Below, piece after piece: positions 56,564 to 63,913 of a stretch of 64,000 bases of DNA. This DNA is from Enterobacter phage KKP_3711: the sequence record PP579741.1; one strand, 5' to 3'. Under the pieces are notes generated by a model. That model was given only the letters and a program-made list of their open reading frames with translations, was not told where the DNA came from and ran no database searches. Positions within the stretch are counted from its first letter, which is position 1; each line of letters begins with the position of its first letter. Both the position numbers and the translations under genes were made by a program.

Positions 56564-56881
56564 ATGTTTCACATTCTTTTCGATGATCAGCGTAATTTAA
56601 CTGGAATGGATTTTATCATTCGTTCTGCTAAAGCTATGGAACGTTTCGTTGATTCATTTGATACTACTGGCCACTTTGTGTATTTTGACTCTGATATTGG
56701 AGATATGGAAGTACAAGGATATGATATTCTTTGTTATCTTATTTCTCTAGGTCAACGTCCAGCACATGTGGCCATTGTTACTTCTAATCCAGTAGACGCA
56801 GATCGTATGCGAGTTCTTCTGGCTGAGGAAAATTATACCACTACCGATCGTATTCAATACACTTATCAAGGAGATAAATAA
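56564..56881 (+). CDS. hypothetical protein, ~105 aa
   Basis: ATG 56564 is preceded by an AAGGAG SD. The ORF tool's start at 56498 is upstream of that SD. Confidence 0.45.
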   Translation: MFHILFDDQRNLTGMDFIIRSAKAMERFVDSFDTTGHFVYFDSDIGDMEVQGYDILCYLISLGQRPAHVAIVTSNPVDADRMRVLLAEENYTTTDRIQYTYQGDK

Positions 56882-57138
56882 TGAGTAATCAAGAACTTCC
56901 GGGTCACATCGTTCGCATGCAACAGGAATATGAACAGCTTACCGCTCGCACAGGTAAACTTCATAATTTCATGAACAGTGACGCTTACATGGATCTAGAA
57001 CAGGTAGATCGTCGTCTGCTAGAACTGCAATTTGCGTCTATGATTCAGTATCAGTTCTTCTTAGAACAGCGTCTACATTTCGCACTTCAACCTTTTATGC
57101 AGCCTCAAGTTCAGGAATCTGCTGAAGCAGCTAAGTAA
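56881..57138 (+). CDS. hypothetical protein, 85 aa
   Basis: ORF with an ATGA overlap to the upstream gene. Confidence 0.45.
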   Translation: MSNQELPGHIVRMQQEYEQLTARTGKLHNFMNSDAYMDLEQVDRRLLELQFASMIQYQFFLEQRLHFALQPFMQPQVQESAEAAK

Positions 57139-57152
57139 GGTAGGAACCTAGA

Positions 57153-57602
57153 ATGAAGCTAACAGCAATTATCGTTAGCTTCCTCCTAAGCTTCAATGGG
57201 ACTGTAGAAGCAGCTCCAACATTAAAAGAACAAAAACAAATAAATTGCATAGCTACTGCTGTGTACTTCGAAGCTAGAGGAAGCTCTACTGAGGGACAGG
57301 CGGCAGTCGGTCAAGTAATTCGTAACAGAGTAAATTCTGTCGGTTTTCCACAAACATATTGTGGAGTAGTATATCAAAAAGGTCAATTTTCCTGGACAAA
57401 GCATAAGAATCTTAAAATAAAAGATCGTAAGTCTTGGGAAGAGGCTAAAAAGATTGCAGCCGTTACATATTATTTAGGCTGGCCAGACTCTCTAGTAGGA
57501 AATTCCACATACTTCCACAGCGGAAAGAAACCTTACTGGACTAAATCTGTAAGTAAAGTAACAAAAATTGATGGACATAAGTTCTATCAGATAAAATCGT
57601 AG
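57153..57602 (+). CDS. secreted SleB/CwlJ-family cell-wall hydrolase-like protein, 149 aa
   Basis: N-terminal signal peptide MKLTAIIVSFLLSFNGTVEA. The Hydrolase_2 core is present (AVYFEARGSSTEGQAAVGQVIRNRV...FPQTYCGVVYQKGQFS). Confidence 0.55.
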   Translation: MKLTAIIVSFLLSFNGTVEAAPTLKEQKQINCIATAVYFEARGSSTEGQAAVGQVIRNRVNSVGFPQTYCGVVYQKGQFSWTKHKNLKIKDRKSWEEAKKIAAVTYYLGWPDSLVGNSTYFHSGKKPYWTKSVSKVTKIDGHKFYQIKS

Positions 57603-57631
57603 TTGCAAAACATCTTAAAATTCTGTATAAT
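57603..57631 (+). promoter_or_regulatory. T5 early promoter (TTGCAA-N17-TATAAT)
   Basis: -35 at 57603-57608 and -10 at 57626-57631. The downstream sequence TTATTTATAAATTGAGAACGGAG matches the conserved element. Confidence 0.6.
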
Positions 57632-57660
57632 TTATTTATAAATTGAGAACGGAGATATTT

Positions 57661-57825
57661 ATGAAAAAAGTAATTATTGGTGTTGATACTAAAGGCGTTC
57701 GTACTACTAAAGTAGTTGAAGCGGATAATAACTCTATTGTAGCAAACCCAAACAAATTCGGTTTTTCCAAAGTATCTGCTGTAATGACAGAAAAAATGTT
57801 TAATCAAATCAAAGAGGCCGAATAA
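57661..57825 (+). CDS. hypothetical small protein, 54 aa
   Basis: ATG 57661 is preceded by a GGAG SD and is the first gene after promoter 57603. Confidence 0.4.
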   Translation: MKKVIIGVDTKGVRTTKVVEADNNSIVANPNKFGFSKVSAVMTEKMFNQIKEAE

Positions 57826-58268
57826 TGGGCGAAAATATGTTGGAAATCCTGCGTGGTATGCTAGAGCGTGCACGCTATAAAGCTGATTATGACAAAATGA
57901 AAGCTGTTCAAACTGTCATTGGTGATCTTCAGCGAGTAGATAAAGATTATGTTTCTCGTGAGCAACTGGTAGCTTATGTAAAAGCCCAGATGAAAGCTGA
58001 AGAACGTTCTGCTAAGAAAGCCCAGGAATTAAATATTCCTTATGATCCAGATCATGTTTATCTTTCTTTGCTAGCAGATCTAGAATTTGACTTTGCACCT
58101 CAGCAGCTAACAGAAGTACAGATTCGCCAGTATTTTGCTGAATTAACTAAACTGAATCCAAACCTGAACAAAGGTTTGCTGATGAAGGCTATTAAAGAAG
58201 AGTTCCCAGGCCGATATGATGGGAAACTCGCAGCACAAATTGCTGGTGAATTTCATACAAATAAGTAA
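57825..58268 (+). CDS. GatB/YqeY-domain protein, 147 aa
   Basis: The C-terminal half aligns with YqeY: LPKQLSEEELEAIV...GRADGKLVNQIVREKL against the phage APQQLTEVQIRQYF...GRYDGKLAAQIAGEFH. Confidence 0.5.
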   Translation: MGENMLEILRGMLERARYKADYDKMKAVQTVIGDLQRVDKDYVSREQLVAYVKAQMKAEERSAKKAQELNIPYDPDHVYLSLLADLEFDFAPQQLTEVQIRQYFAELTKLNPNLNKGLLMKAIKEEFPGRYDGKLAAQIAGEFHTNK

Positions 58269-58286
58269 CTTAATTTAAAAATGTAG

Positions 58287-58315
58287 TTGCTTAACATCGA
58301 AAAAGTTGATATAAT
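58287..58315 (+). promoter_or_regulatory. T5 early promoter (TTGCTT-N17-TATAAT)
   Basis: -35 at 58287-58292 and -10 at 58310-58315. Confidence 0.6.
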
Positions 58316-58321
58316 AGTTTC

Positions 58322-59222
58322 ATAAATTAAAGAGAACAGCGAGCCGATTACGCTGATTCAATATGGATCTCAGATTGATGGGGTATTGAGTGAATAGAGT
58401 CGGTGAGTTGCAACGAGTAGTAATCATACCTCGAAAGTTGCGTCAAACTTGGGAGCTGTCCCGAAATCTCGTAAACTCTTCTCTTAATTTATTTATGGGG
58501 TGTCGAACTGACTTACGTAATAACACTGCCGTCCTAGTATAATAGGTATTATCATGGCGTAACTGCCGGAAGATGCAGGTTCGAATCCTGCGGTCGGAAA
58601 GAATTGGGTAACTCGGGCTTCTAACGGTGAAGCACTCGCAGACAGTTGCGCGCTGTCAAAACCATGCGGTAGTTGATTCCAGGCTAATCAACCTTAGAAG
58701 GAAAGTGTAACTACGGTTTACTTTGCCGGATTAAAGAAGAACTTTAGGCTTTAGCCTAGATAGTGAAGTTTTTCCTCCATGAGGAGTCGTTTTTCAAGCT
58801 ATCAGACGAAGAGAAAGATGCCCATTTTCTTCTCCCGTATAGACATGGGCATTATATATTGAAAAGCGGCGGTATGTAATTTGATGAGATCCCGTGGAAT
58901 TAGGATAGTGATTGGACTATCCTTATCCAATATATGTTCCAATCGAAAGTGGGAAATGGCGAAAGCCTCAATGGGACAGGTAAGATTATTAGTGAACCGC
59001 GGATAACACTATTAACGCCTGTGAAAATGCTAAGGGAGTCATGACCCTGATTGCGGCCCGATCACCAATGGGTGAATAACCACAAAATAGTCACCTTGAC
59101 TTTAACTGGAAAATATGTATGACAGCAGGGCTTAGACTTAATAAGGGGCGATCCCTCTACCTCCTGTCAATATTTTTAAGATTCTTTACGAGGAATCTTA
59201 AAAATATTAAAGAGGACTAAAT
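58322..59222 (+). ncRNA. ~0.9 kb transcribed stretch without an ORF; candidate structured stable RNA or RNAs, or degenerate tRNA-derived sequence
   Basis: No ORF of 60 aa or more on the + strand across ~900 bp immediately downstream of a consensus promoter. The stretch contains a canonical tRNA T-arm (GCAGG-TTCGAAT-CCTGC at 58564-58580) with no matching acceptor stem. It also has stable hairpins (GATGCCCAT...ATGGGCAT at ~58808-58840 and AAGATTC...GAATCTT at ~59170-59192) and looks GC-richer than its flanks. The next SD-led gene starts at 59223. Confidence 0.35.
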
Positions 59223-59699
59223 ATGAATTTAGGAACAACCTGTGTATTTGACCATATGGAGATGTGCTGCCCTAGAATTTTATATGTAGTGCATTTCACA
59301 GAACAATTGACTCTTGAAGAAGCTCGTACTAAAATGACAGAGATCACAGGTACAGATTTTTCAGAAGGTGCATATTTCAGTGTTGGATTAGATTTTGTAG
59401 ATTGTACACGACTCTACCATCTAATCCAACTCGGTGTAGAATCTGACGAAGTAAAAGAAGGAATTAAAATCCTCAAAAATTATCGTCCACAGATTCTTGA
59501 AAATGTTATCGCAGGTCGCCCTAGTAATCCACTAATGATCCGCATGTATGATGAAGATGCTAGAGATTATGAGTGGCAAAATAGGTTTCATGAACGTATT
59601 AAAGTAGTTATGGATGAAGGTTATGCGGAGCTTCGCAAACGTTCAGAAGAATATTGTGAGAAACGTCGTTTAGAGCGTGAATCTAAGACAACAGACTAA
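59223..59699 (+). CDS. hypothetical protein, 158 aa
   Basis: ORF with an AAGAGGA SD. Its stop abuts the tRNA-Arg gene. Confidence 0.5.
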   Translation: MNLGTTCVFDHMEMCCPRILYVVHFTEQLTLEEARTKMTEITGTDFSEGAYFSVGLDFVDCTRLYHLIQLGVESDEVKEGIKILKNYRPQILENVIAGRPSNPLMIRMYDEDARDYEWQNRFHERIKVVMDEGYAELRKRSEEYCEKRRLERESKTTD

Positions 59700-59774
59700 G
59701 TTCCCTTAGCTCAATGGATAGAGCAGTTGCCTTCTAAGCAATAGATATAGGTTCGATTCCTATAGGGAATACCA
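59700..59774 (+). tRNA. tRNA-Arg (anticodon UCU)
   Basis: Cloverleaf folded by hand. Acceptor GTTCCCT / AGGGAAT, D-arm GCTC-AATGGATA-GAGC, anticodon stem GTTGC / GCAAT with loop CTTCTAA, T-arm ATAGG-TTCGATT-CCTAT, CCA encoded. The D-arm and anticodon loop closely resemble E. coli argU. Confidence 0.8.
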
Positions 59775-59787
59775 ATTTGAGGAAAAT

Positions 59788-59946
59788 ATGGCTAAGTATC
59801 AGTTTACTACTAAAGATGAAAAAACTACAGAAATTGAAGCAGATGTAGTTCGTAACGAAGGTGCTTCTACTGTCTTTTATAAAGAAGGATCTATTATCAA
59901 AATGGTTCCTGTAGAATCAATTGTTAATTTAGAAGTTGTAGAATAA
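59788..59946 (+). CDS. small hypothetical protein, 52 aa (below the ORF-track cutoff)
   Basis: ATG 59788 is preceded by a GAGGAAAAT SD. The ORF reads MAKYQFTTKDEKTTEIEADVVRNEGASTVFYKEGSIIKMVPVESIVNLEVVE and fills the gap between tRNA-Arg and the next gene. Confidence 0.4.
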   Translation: MAKYQFTTKDEKTTEIEADVVRNEGASTVFYKEGSIIKMVPVESIVNLEVVE

Positions 59947-59947
59947 T

Positions 59948-61009
59948 ATGGGTTATTACTTAACTCTGATATTAATCCCTGCATTTGTTGTTGTCTTATG
60001 TGCAAAATGGTTACTCCCACATAAGATCTCTATGAAAGAGTGGGGATTACAATTTCTAGGTTTAGTAGTCTCCACATTATTATGTGCTCTGTTTATTGGT
60101 ATCGCATCTTTTGCGAATACATATGATACAGAGATTCTTAATGGTTATGTAACCAGCAAGAAATCAGTTCATGTATCTTGTGAACATCAATACAAATGTG
60201 GAGAAACATGTTCCACAGATAGTAAAGGAAATCGTAGTTGCGTACCAATTTATTGTGATGAACATGCGTATGATGTTGATTGGGATGTTCATACTACTGT
60301 AGGTACATTTACTATCGATCGTGTTGATCGTCAAGGTTTACGCGAGCCAAAGAGATTCACAGATGTAAACATTGGTGAGTTTGCAGCTACTTCTCATTAT
60401 ACTAAAAACTATCTTCTAGTAGATAAAGGTCGCTTCGACACAGACGAGGCAATTGTAAAGAAATATGAAGGCAAAGTTCCTAAGTATCCTGATACTTTTG
60501 ATTACTATCGTTTTAATCGCGTAGTAAATACAACAGATCGTTCGTTTAATTATCTTAATGTATTTTTAAACAATAATCTGCGAGAGATGGGTGCTAGAAA
60601 GCAATTAAATATTATTGTAGTAGTTACAGAATATAGTGATGACTTCTACAATGCTCTGTATAAAGAATGGAACGGCGGTAAGAAGAACGATGTAATTCTC
60701 ATATATGGGATTGATTCTTCTAATAATATTAAGTGGTTTCGTTCAACATCTTTTGCAGATGGTCAAGATAATCGTGAGCTTCTCGCTAGACTGCGTTTAG
60801 AAACGCATGATCAGCAGCTTTCCCTTAATCTTGTACAAAAGCAGTTAAGTATTATTGATAAGAACTTTACTAGACTTCCTAATGAAACTTTCAGCTATAT
60901 CGATAGTTTCCAGGACACTTCTATCGGTCTTATTTTATTTTGTATGTTCTTTAACATACTAACTTCAATCGGTATTGCATATTATATGTATAAAGAGGAC
61001 GTAGCTTAA
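59948..61009 (+). CDS. membrane protein (N-terminal and C-terminal TM helices, Cys-rich extracytoplasmic segment), 353 aa
   Basis: Hydrophobic helices at the N-terminus (LTLILIPAFVVVLCAKWLL and FLGLVVSTLLCALFIGIASF) and at the C-terminus (IGLILFCMFFNILTSIGIAYYMY). A CEHQYKCGETCSTDSKGNRSCVPIYCDEH cluster is present. Translationally coupled to the LemA-like gene. Confidence 0.5.
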   Translation: MGYYLTLILIPAFVVVLCAKWLLPHKISMKEWGLQFLGLVVSTLLCALFIGIASFANTYDTEILNGYVTSKKSVHVSCEHQYKCGETCSTDSKGNRSCVPIYCDEHAYDVDWDVHTTVGTFTIDRVDRQGLREPKRFTDVNIGEFAATSHYTKNYLLVDKGRFDTDEAIVKKYEGKVPKYPDTFDYYRFNRVVNTTDRSFNYLNVFLNNNLREMGARKQLNIIVVVTEYSDDFYNALYKEWNGGKKNDVILIYGIDSSNNIKWFRSTSFADGQDNRELLARLRLETHDQQLSLNLVQKQLSIIDKNFTRLPNETFSYIDSFQDTSIGLILFCMFFNILTSIGIAYYMYKEDVA

Positions 61010-61581
61010 TGTCAAAAGGTTTGAAAATCACTCTGGTAATTCTTGGTGTATTGTTTGCTCTGGTAGTTGCCGTGGGTGCTACATTGTTTACTAGCTATAT
61101 TTCCGCAGTAAATGATGGTGCGCGTATGGAAGGTAATGTAGTTATGCTGAACCAAGATTCAGAAAACAAACTTTCCAACTATACATTGAAGATTCAAGAA
61201 AAAGTACAGATTCCAGAAATGTATGCCAAAGATCTGAAAGAAGTGATTCGTGCTACATTTGAAGGTCGATATGGTGCTGATGGTTCTAAAGCAGTAATGC
61301 AGTGGATCCAAGAACAAAATATTCAATTTGATTCTAGTCTTTATAAAGATCTGCAAGTAACTATTGAAGCTGGTCGAGATGAATTTCGTATCTCTCAAAC
61401 ATTAAAGTTACAAGCATGTCGTGATTATAAAGTTCAGTTGAATACTTTCTGGAAGGGTATGTGGTTAAAGTTTGCTGGCTATCCTAAAGAAAACTTAGCT
61501 GATGTATGTAAAGTTGTTTCTGACTCTCGTACTTCTGAGATTTTCAAGACTGGTAAACAAGAAGCCTTGAAATTCAATTGA
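61009..61581 (+). CDS. LemA-family membrane protein, 190 aa
   Basis: N-terminal TM helix (ITLVILGVLFALVVAVGATLF) followed by a ~160-aa helical domain. The size and layout are typical of LemA family proteins. Confidence 0.5.
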   Translation: MSKGLKITLVILGVLFALVVAVGATLFTSYISAVNDGARMEGNVVMLNQDSENKLSNYTLKIQEKVQIPEMYAKDLKEVIRATFEGRYGADGSKAVMQWIQEQNIQFDSSLYKDLQVTIEAGRDEFRISQTLKLQACRDYKVQLNTFWKGMWLKFAGYPKENLADVCKVVSDSRTSEIFKTGKQEALKFN

Positions 61582-61659
61582 TACACATGTAACACTTTGC
61601 AGTACGCCTGCGTTTCCTCTGGAAGCGCAGGCAATTAGATGAATTTATATAAAATTTTG

Positions 61660-61689
61660 CTTGCTTTTGCGCGTAAAATTTTATATAAT
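61660..61689 (+). promoter_or_regulatory. T5 early promoter (TTGCTT-N18-TATAAT) driving tRNA-Ser
   Basis: -35 at 61660-61665 and -10 at 61684-61689. The tRNA starts at 61704. Confidence 0.5.
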
Positions 61690-61703
61690 ATTTACTCAAA
61701 TTT

Positions 61704-61795
61704 GGAAGGATTCGCTAATTAGGTAAGCGAGCAGATTGCTAATCTGTCGGCTCTGAAATATGGGTTTATGGGTTCGAGTCCCATTCCTTCCGCCA
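61704..61795 (+). tRNA. tRNA-Ser (anticodon GCU), class II with long variable arm
   Basis: Acceptor GGAAGGA / TCCTTCC, anticodon stem GCAGA / TCTGT with loop TTGCTAA, ~20-nt variable arm, T-arm ATGGG-TTCGAGT-CCCAT, discriminator G and CCA encoded. Confidence 0.8.
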
Positions 61796-61844
61796 CTTTT
61801 AAAGTGTTGTTGCAAAATCTACAATATATTGGTATAGTAGAAAA

Positions 61845-62162
61845 ATGAACTTGCAAAACTTACTTGTGTATCATAAATCTCTAGTAGATTTGCTAGAGAA
61901 GATTGATGAAATGGGTGGTGCTTATGACCTTCTCCCAGAGGGTTATAAAATAGTTATTGATGGAAAGACTATATATCCTGCTTTTCAATTTGTTGATAAT
62001 GATGAAGTGCAGAAAGCAATACGATATGTAGCTAATCATTATGCACTACTAGGAGATCAATCAGGATTGAGTATGTTTAGTTTTTTAATACTGAACTGGG
62101 ACTCTATAAAATCTGGTGATCCAATTAAGATAGCAAATGTGTTAAATCAGTTAAAAATGTAG
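61845..62162 (+). CDS. hypothetical protein, 105 aa
   Basis: ORF with an SD-like AGAAAA sequence upstream. No motif. Confidence 0.45.
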   Translation: MNLQNLLVYHKSLVDLLEKIDEMGGAYDLLPEGYKIVIDGKTIYPAFQFVDNDEVQKAIRYVANHYALLGDQSGLSMFSFLILNWDSIKSGDPIKIANVLNQLKM

Positions 62163-62191
62163 TTGCTAAACACCTAATTTTCAAGTATAAT
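62163..62191 (+). promoter_or_regulatory. T5 early promoter (TTGCTA-N17-TATAAT)
   Basis: -35 at 62163-62168 and -10 at 62186-62191. The downstream sequence ATTTATATAAATTGTTGAGAAGGAAAG matches the conserved element. Confidence 0.6.
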
Positions 62192-62222
62192 ATTTATATA
62201 AATTGTTGAGAAGGAAAGTGAA

Positions 62223-62486
62223 ATGCAAAAAGAACTAACTGGTTTTGAAAAGAATTTTCTTAAGTCCTGGGTTACTTGGGATCAAGATGATTTAACATTC
62301 ATCTTTATTCAAGCAAAACTGACAGATCGTTTATACGCCATCTGTAAGTGCCTGGAAATGCCAGAAGGTGAAATAGATGTTAGTTTTGATTTAGAAAACC
62401 TGATTCTAGAAATCATGGTGTACAAAGCTAATGAAGATGGTAATATGATCTGGAATCAGCAATTGCCAGTAACACTTTCTGTATAA
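62223..62486 (+). CDS. hypothetical protein, 87 aa
   Basis: ORF with a GAAGGAAAG SD. Confidence 0.45.
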   Translation: MQKELTGFEKNFLKSWVTWDQDDLTFIFIQAKLTDRLYAICKCLEMPEGEIDVSFDLENLILEIMVYKANEDGNMIWNQQLPVTLSV

Positions 62487-62505
62487 TAAAAATTTGGGGG
62501 TTTAT

Positions 62506-62582
62506 TCCGTAAGTGGTAGCGGAGCTGACTGTAAATCAGTTACCTTCGGGTTCGGGTGGTTCGACTCCATCAACCCCCACCA
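62506..62582 (+). tRNA. tRNA-Tyr (anticodon GUA) with long variable arm
   Basis: Acceptor GGGGGTT / AACCCCC. The anticodon loop CTGTAAA is identical to E. coli tRNA-Tyr. The variable arm is TTACCTTCGGGTTCGGG, the T-arm GGTTCGACTCC, and CCA is encoded. Confidence 0.75.
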
Positions 62583-62589
62583 AATTAAT

Positions 62590-62666
62590 GCACCTATCGT
62601 CTAAGCGGTTTAGGACATGAGACTTTCAATCTCAAAATCGGAGTTCGATCCTCCGTAGGTGTACCA
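62590..62666 (+). tRNA. tRNA-Glu (anticodon UUC)
   Basis: Acceptor GCACCTA / TAGGTGT. The D-arm TCGTCTAAGCGGTTTAGGACA resembles E. coli tRNA-Glu. Anticodon stem TGAGA / TCTCA with loop CTTTCAA, T-arm GGAGTTCGATCCTCC, CCA encoded. Confidence 0.75.
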
Positions 62667-62672
62667 AATTTT

Positions 62673-62747
62673 AGGAGGGTAGTCTAAAGGTATGACAACG
62701 GCCTTTGACTCCGTTAATAGTAGGTTCGATTCCTCTCCCTCCTGCCA
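62673..62747 (+). tRNA. tRNA-Gln (anticodon UUG)
   Basis: Acceptor AGGAGGG / CCCTCCT. The anticodon stem ACGG(C) / (U)CCGT has a 31-39 C-U mismatch. The loop CTTTGAC has U33 and A37. T-arm GTAGGTTCGATTCCTCTC, discriminator G and CCA encoded. Confidence 0.55.
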
Positions 62748-62790
62748 ATTTTAAAGAACGCCCATCATCACCGCCAGTCGGCAGAAACAG

Positions 62791-62976
62791 ATGGGATATA
62801 TCATGAACTTAGATCAGATATATCGTCTTGGTTTCTATGCTGCTGTATCTGGATGTGAGTCCATTGATGATTGTCCTTATACGGACTTTGAAAGGGAAGA
62901 AAAGAGAGCATGGGTGCTCGGTTTCATCGAAGGGTTACGTCAGTTATGGTCTGATGGAACTAAGCACGATGAGTAA
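62791..62976 (+). CDS. ribosome modulation factor (Rmf)-like small protein, 57-61 aa
   Basis: GFYAAVSGCESIDDCPY...RAWVLGFIEG aligns with E. coli Rmf GYQAGIAGRSKEMCPY...SQWLGGWREA. The true start may be ATG 62803. Confidence 0.5.
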   Translation: MGYIMNLDQIYRLGFYAAVSGCESIDDCPYTDFEREEKRAWVLGFIEGLRQLWSDGTKHDE

Positions 62977-62998
62977 CTTAACTTACTAGGATTAAAAA

Positions 62999-63313
62999 AT
63001 GATTCATATTCTTCGAATTACTGGTAATTATGCAGATGAATTTGATGTTTTCGGTATGCATTCTATTACAGAAGAACAGGCACAGTTTCTAGTAGAGACT
63101 GAAGGCAGATGCTTCACCCATAATAAAGAAGAAATTTATTTTGGGACTAACGAGTGTGTCCAGTTGAATGATCTTCATATTGAACTAGACACTATTACTA
63201 CAGAAGAAGCAGAAATAGTAATGCGAGTACTGAATATTCCAGATTTATCTTATGGTCTAATTGATCTTACAGATATAATCGAAGAAGCAATGGAATCTTC
63301 CACCGATAGCTGA
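62999..63313 (+). CDS. hypothetical acidic protein, 104 aa
   Basis: ORF only. Confidence 0.45.
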   Translation: MIHILRITGNYADEFDVFGMHSITEEQAQFLVETEGRCFTHNKEEIYFGTNECVQLNDLHIELDTITTEEAEIVMRVLNIPDLSYGLIDLTDIIEEAMESSTDS

Positions 63314-63393
63314 GATGGATTAGCGCTTGCCTGAAAAGCTCGAGAGACTGGATCGTTACCAGTTTGGTGGACCACTTACTAACTAGAGGTATT

Positions 63394-63648
63394 ATGAATA
63401 ACCTATTCTTCATTTACTGTACAGATGATTGTCTTAAAAGACGAATATCTAAAGTTTACACATTTAAAACAGGTAAACAATACGTGTACGGTCGTGATGG
63501 TGAAGCAATACCTTTAGTACAACTTTCACGAGATTATATGTTTCTCGAACATTTTAATGAAGAGAACATAGCAAGTGTACATAATTGTCAGAATAGTCTG
63601 ACATGGTGGTACAAGAAACGTAAGAAAGGGATTAAATATGCACGATGA
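63394..63648 (+). CDS. hypothetical protein, ~84 aa
   Basis: ATG 63394 is preceded by an AGAGG SD. The ORF tool's 63364 start has none. Confidence 0.4.
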   Translation: MNNLFFIYCTDDCLKRRISKVYTFKTGKQYVYGRDGEAIPLVQLSRDYMFLEHFNEENIASVHNCQNSLTWWYKKRKKGIKYAR

Positions 63649-63808
63649 ATTCGACGGCTTTATTATCTCTGAAGAAAATTGGGGTGTTTAATATGAAATC
63701 TGGTTGCAATGAAATCGGCTACGGAGATGGTATTCGTAATGCTGAAGATGTAGACTTTTTCGTAGGTTTTGGTGAAGGTCTCTCTTCTACTGAATTAGTT
63801 TAAGTTTC

Positions 63809-63885
63809 TATCTCCCGAGTGTTACTGGACAGCACGCCGGTCTCCAAAACCGTGCAGTCAGGGTTCGAGTCCCTGGGGATTTGCC
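63809..63885 (+). tRNA. tRNA-Trp-like sequence (anticodon CCA) with a defective acceptor stem; possible pseudogene
   Basis: The anticodon arm GCACG-CCGGT-CTCCAAA-ACCGT is nearly identical to E. coli tRNA-Trp (CCGGT-CTCCAAA-ACCGG). D-arm GTGT-TACTGGACA-GCAC, T-arm CAGGG-TTCGAGT-CCCTG and a 3' GCCA are present. However the acceptor 5' ATCTCCC against 3' GGGATTT has two mismatches, and position 8 is G rather than U. Confidence 0.35.
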
Positions 63886-63913
63886 AAATTAATGAATTTA
63901 ATTAAAAACTCAT

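Noticed and set aside
58564-58600. Attempt to call a tRNA around the GGTTCGAATCC T-arm at 58564-58580
   Set aside because: No complementary 5' acceptor strand (needed: TCCGACC-like) within 100 nt upstream, and no CCA. Reported instead as part of an unassigned structured region.
63693-63803. 36-aa ORF (MKSGCNEIGYGDGIRNAEDVDFFVGFGEGLSSTELV) with a GGGGTG SD between 63648 and the tRNA-Trp-like gene
   Set aside because: Too short and with no supporting motif. It could be a real microprotein but the evidence is insufficient.
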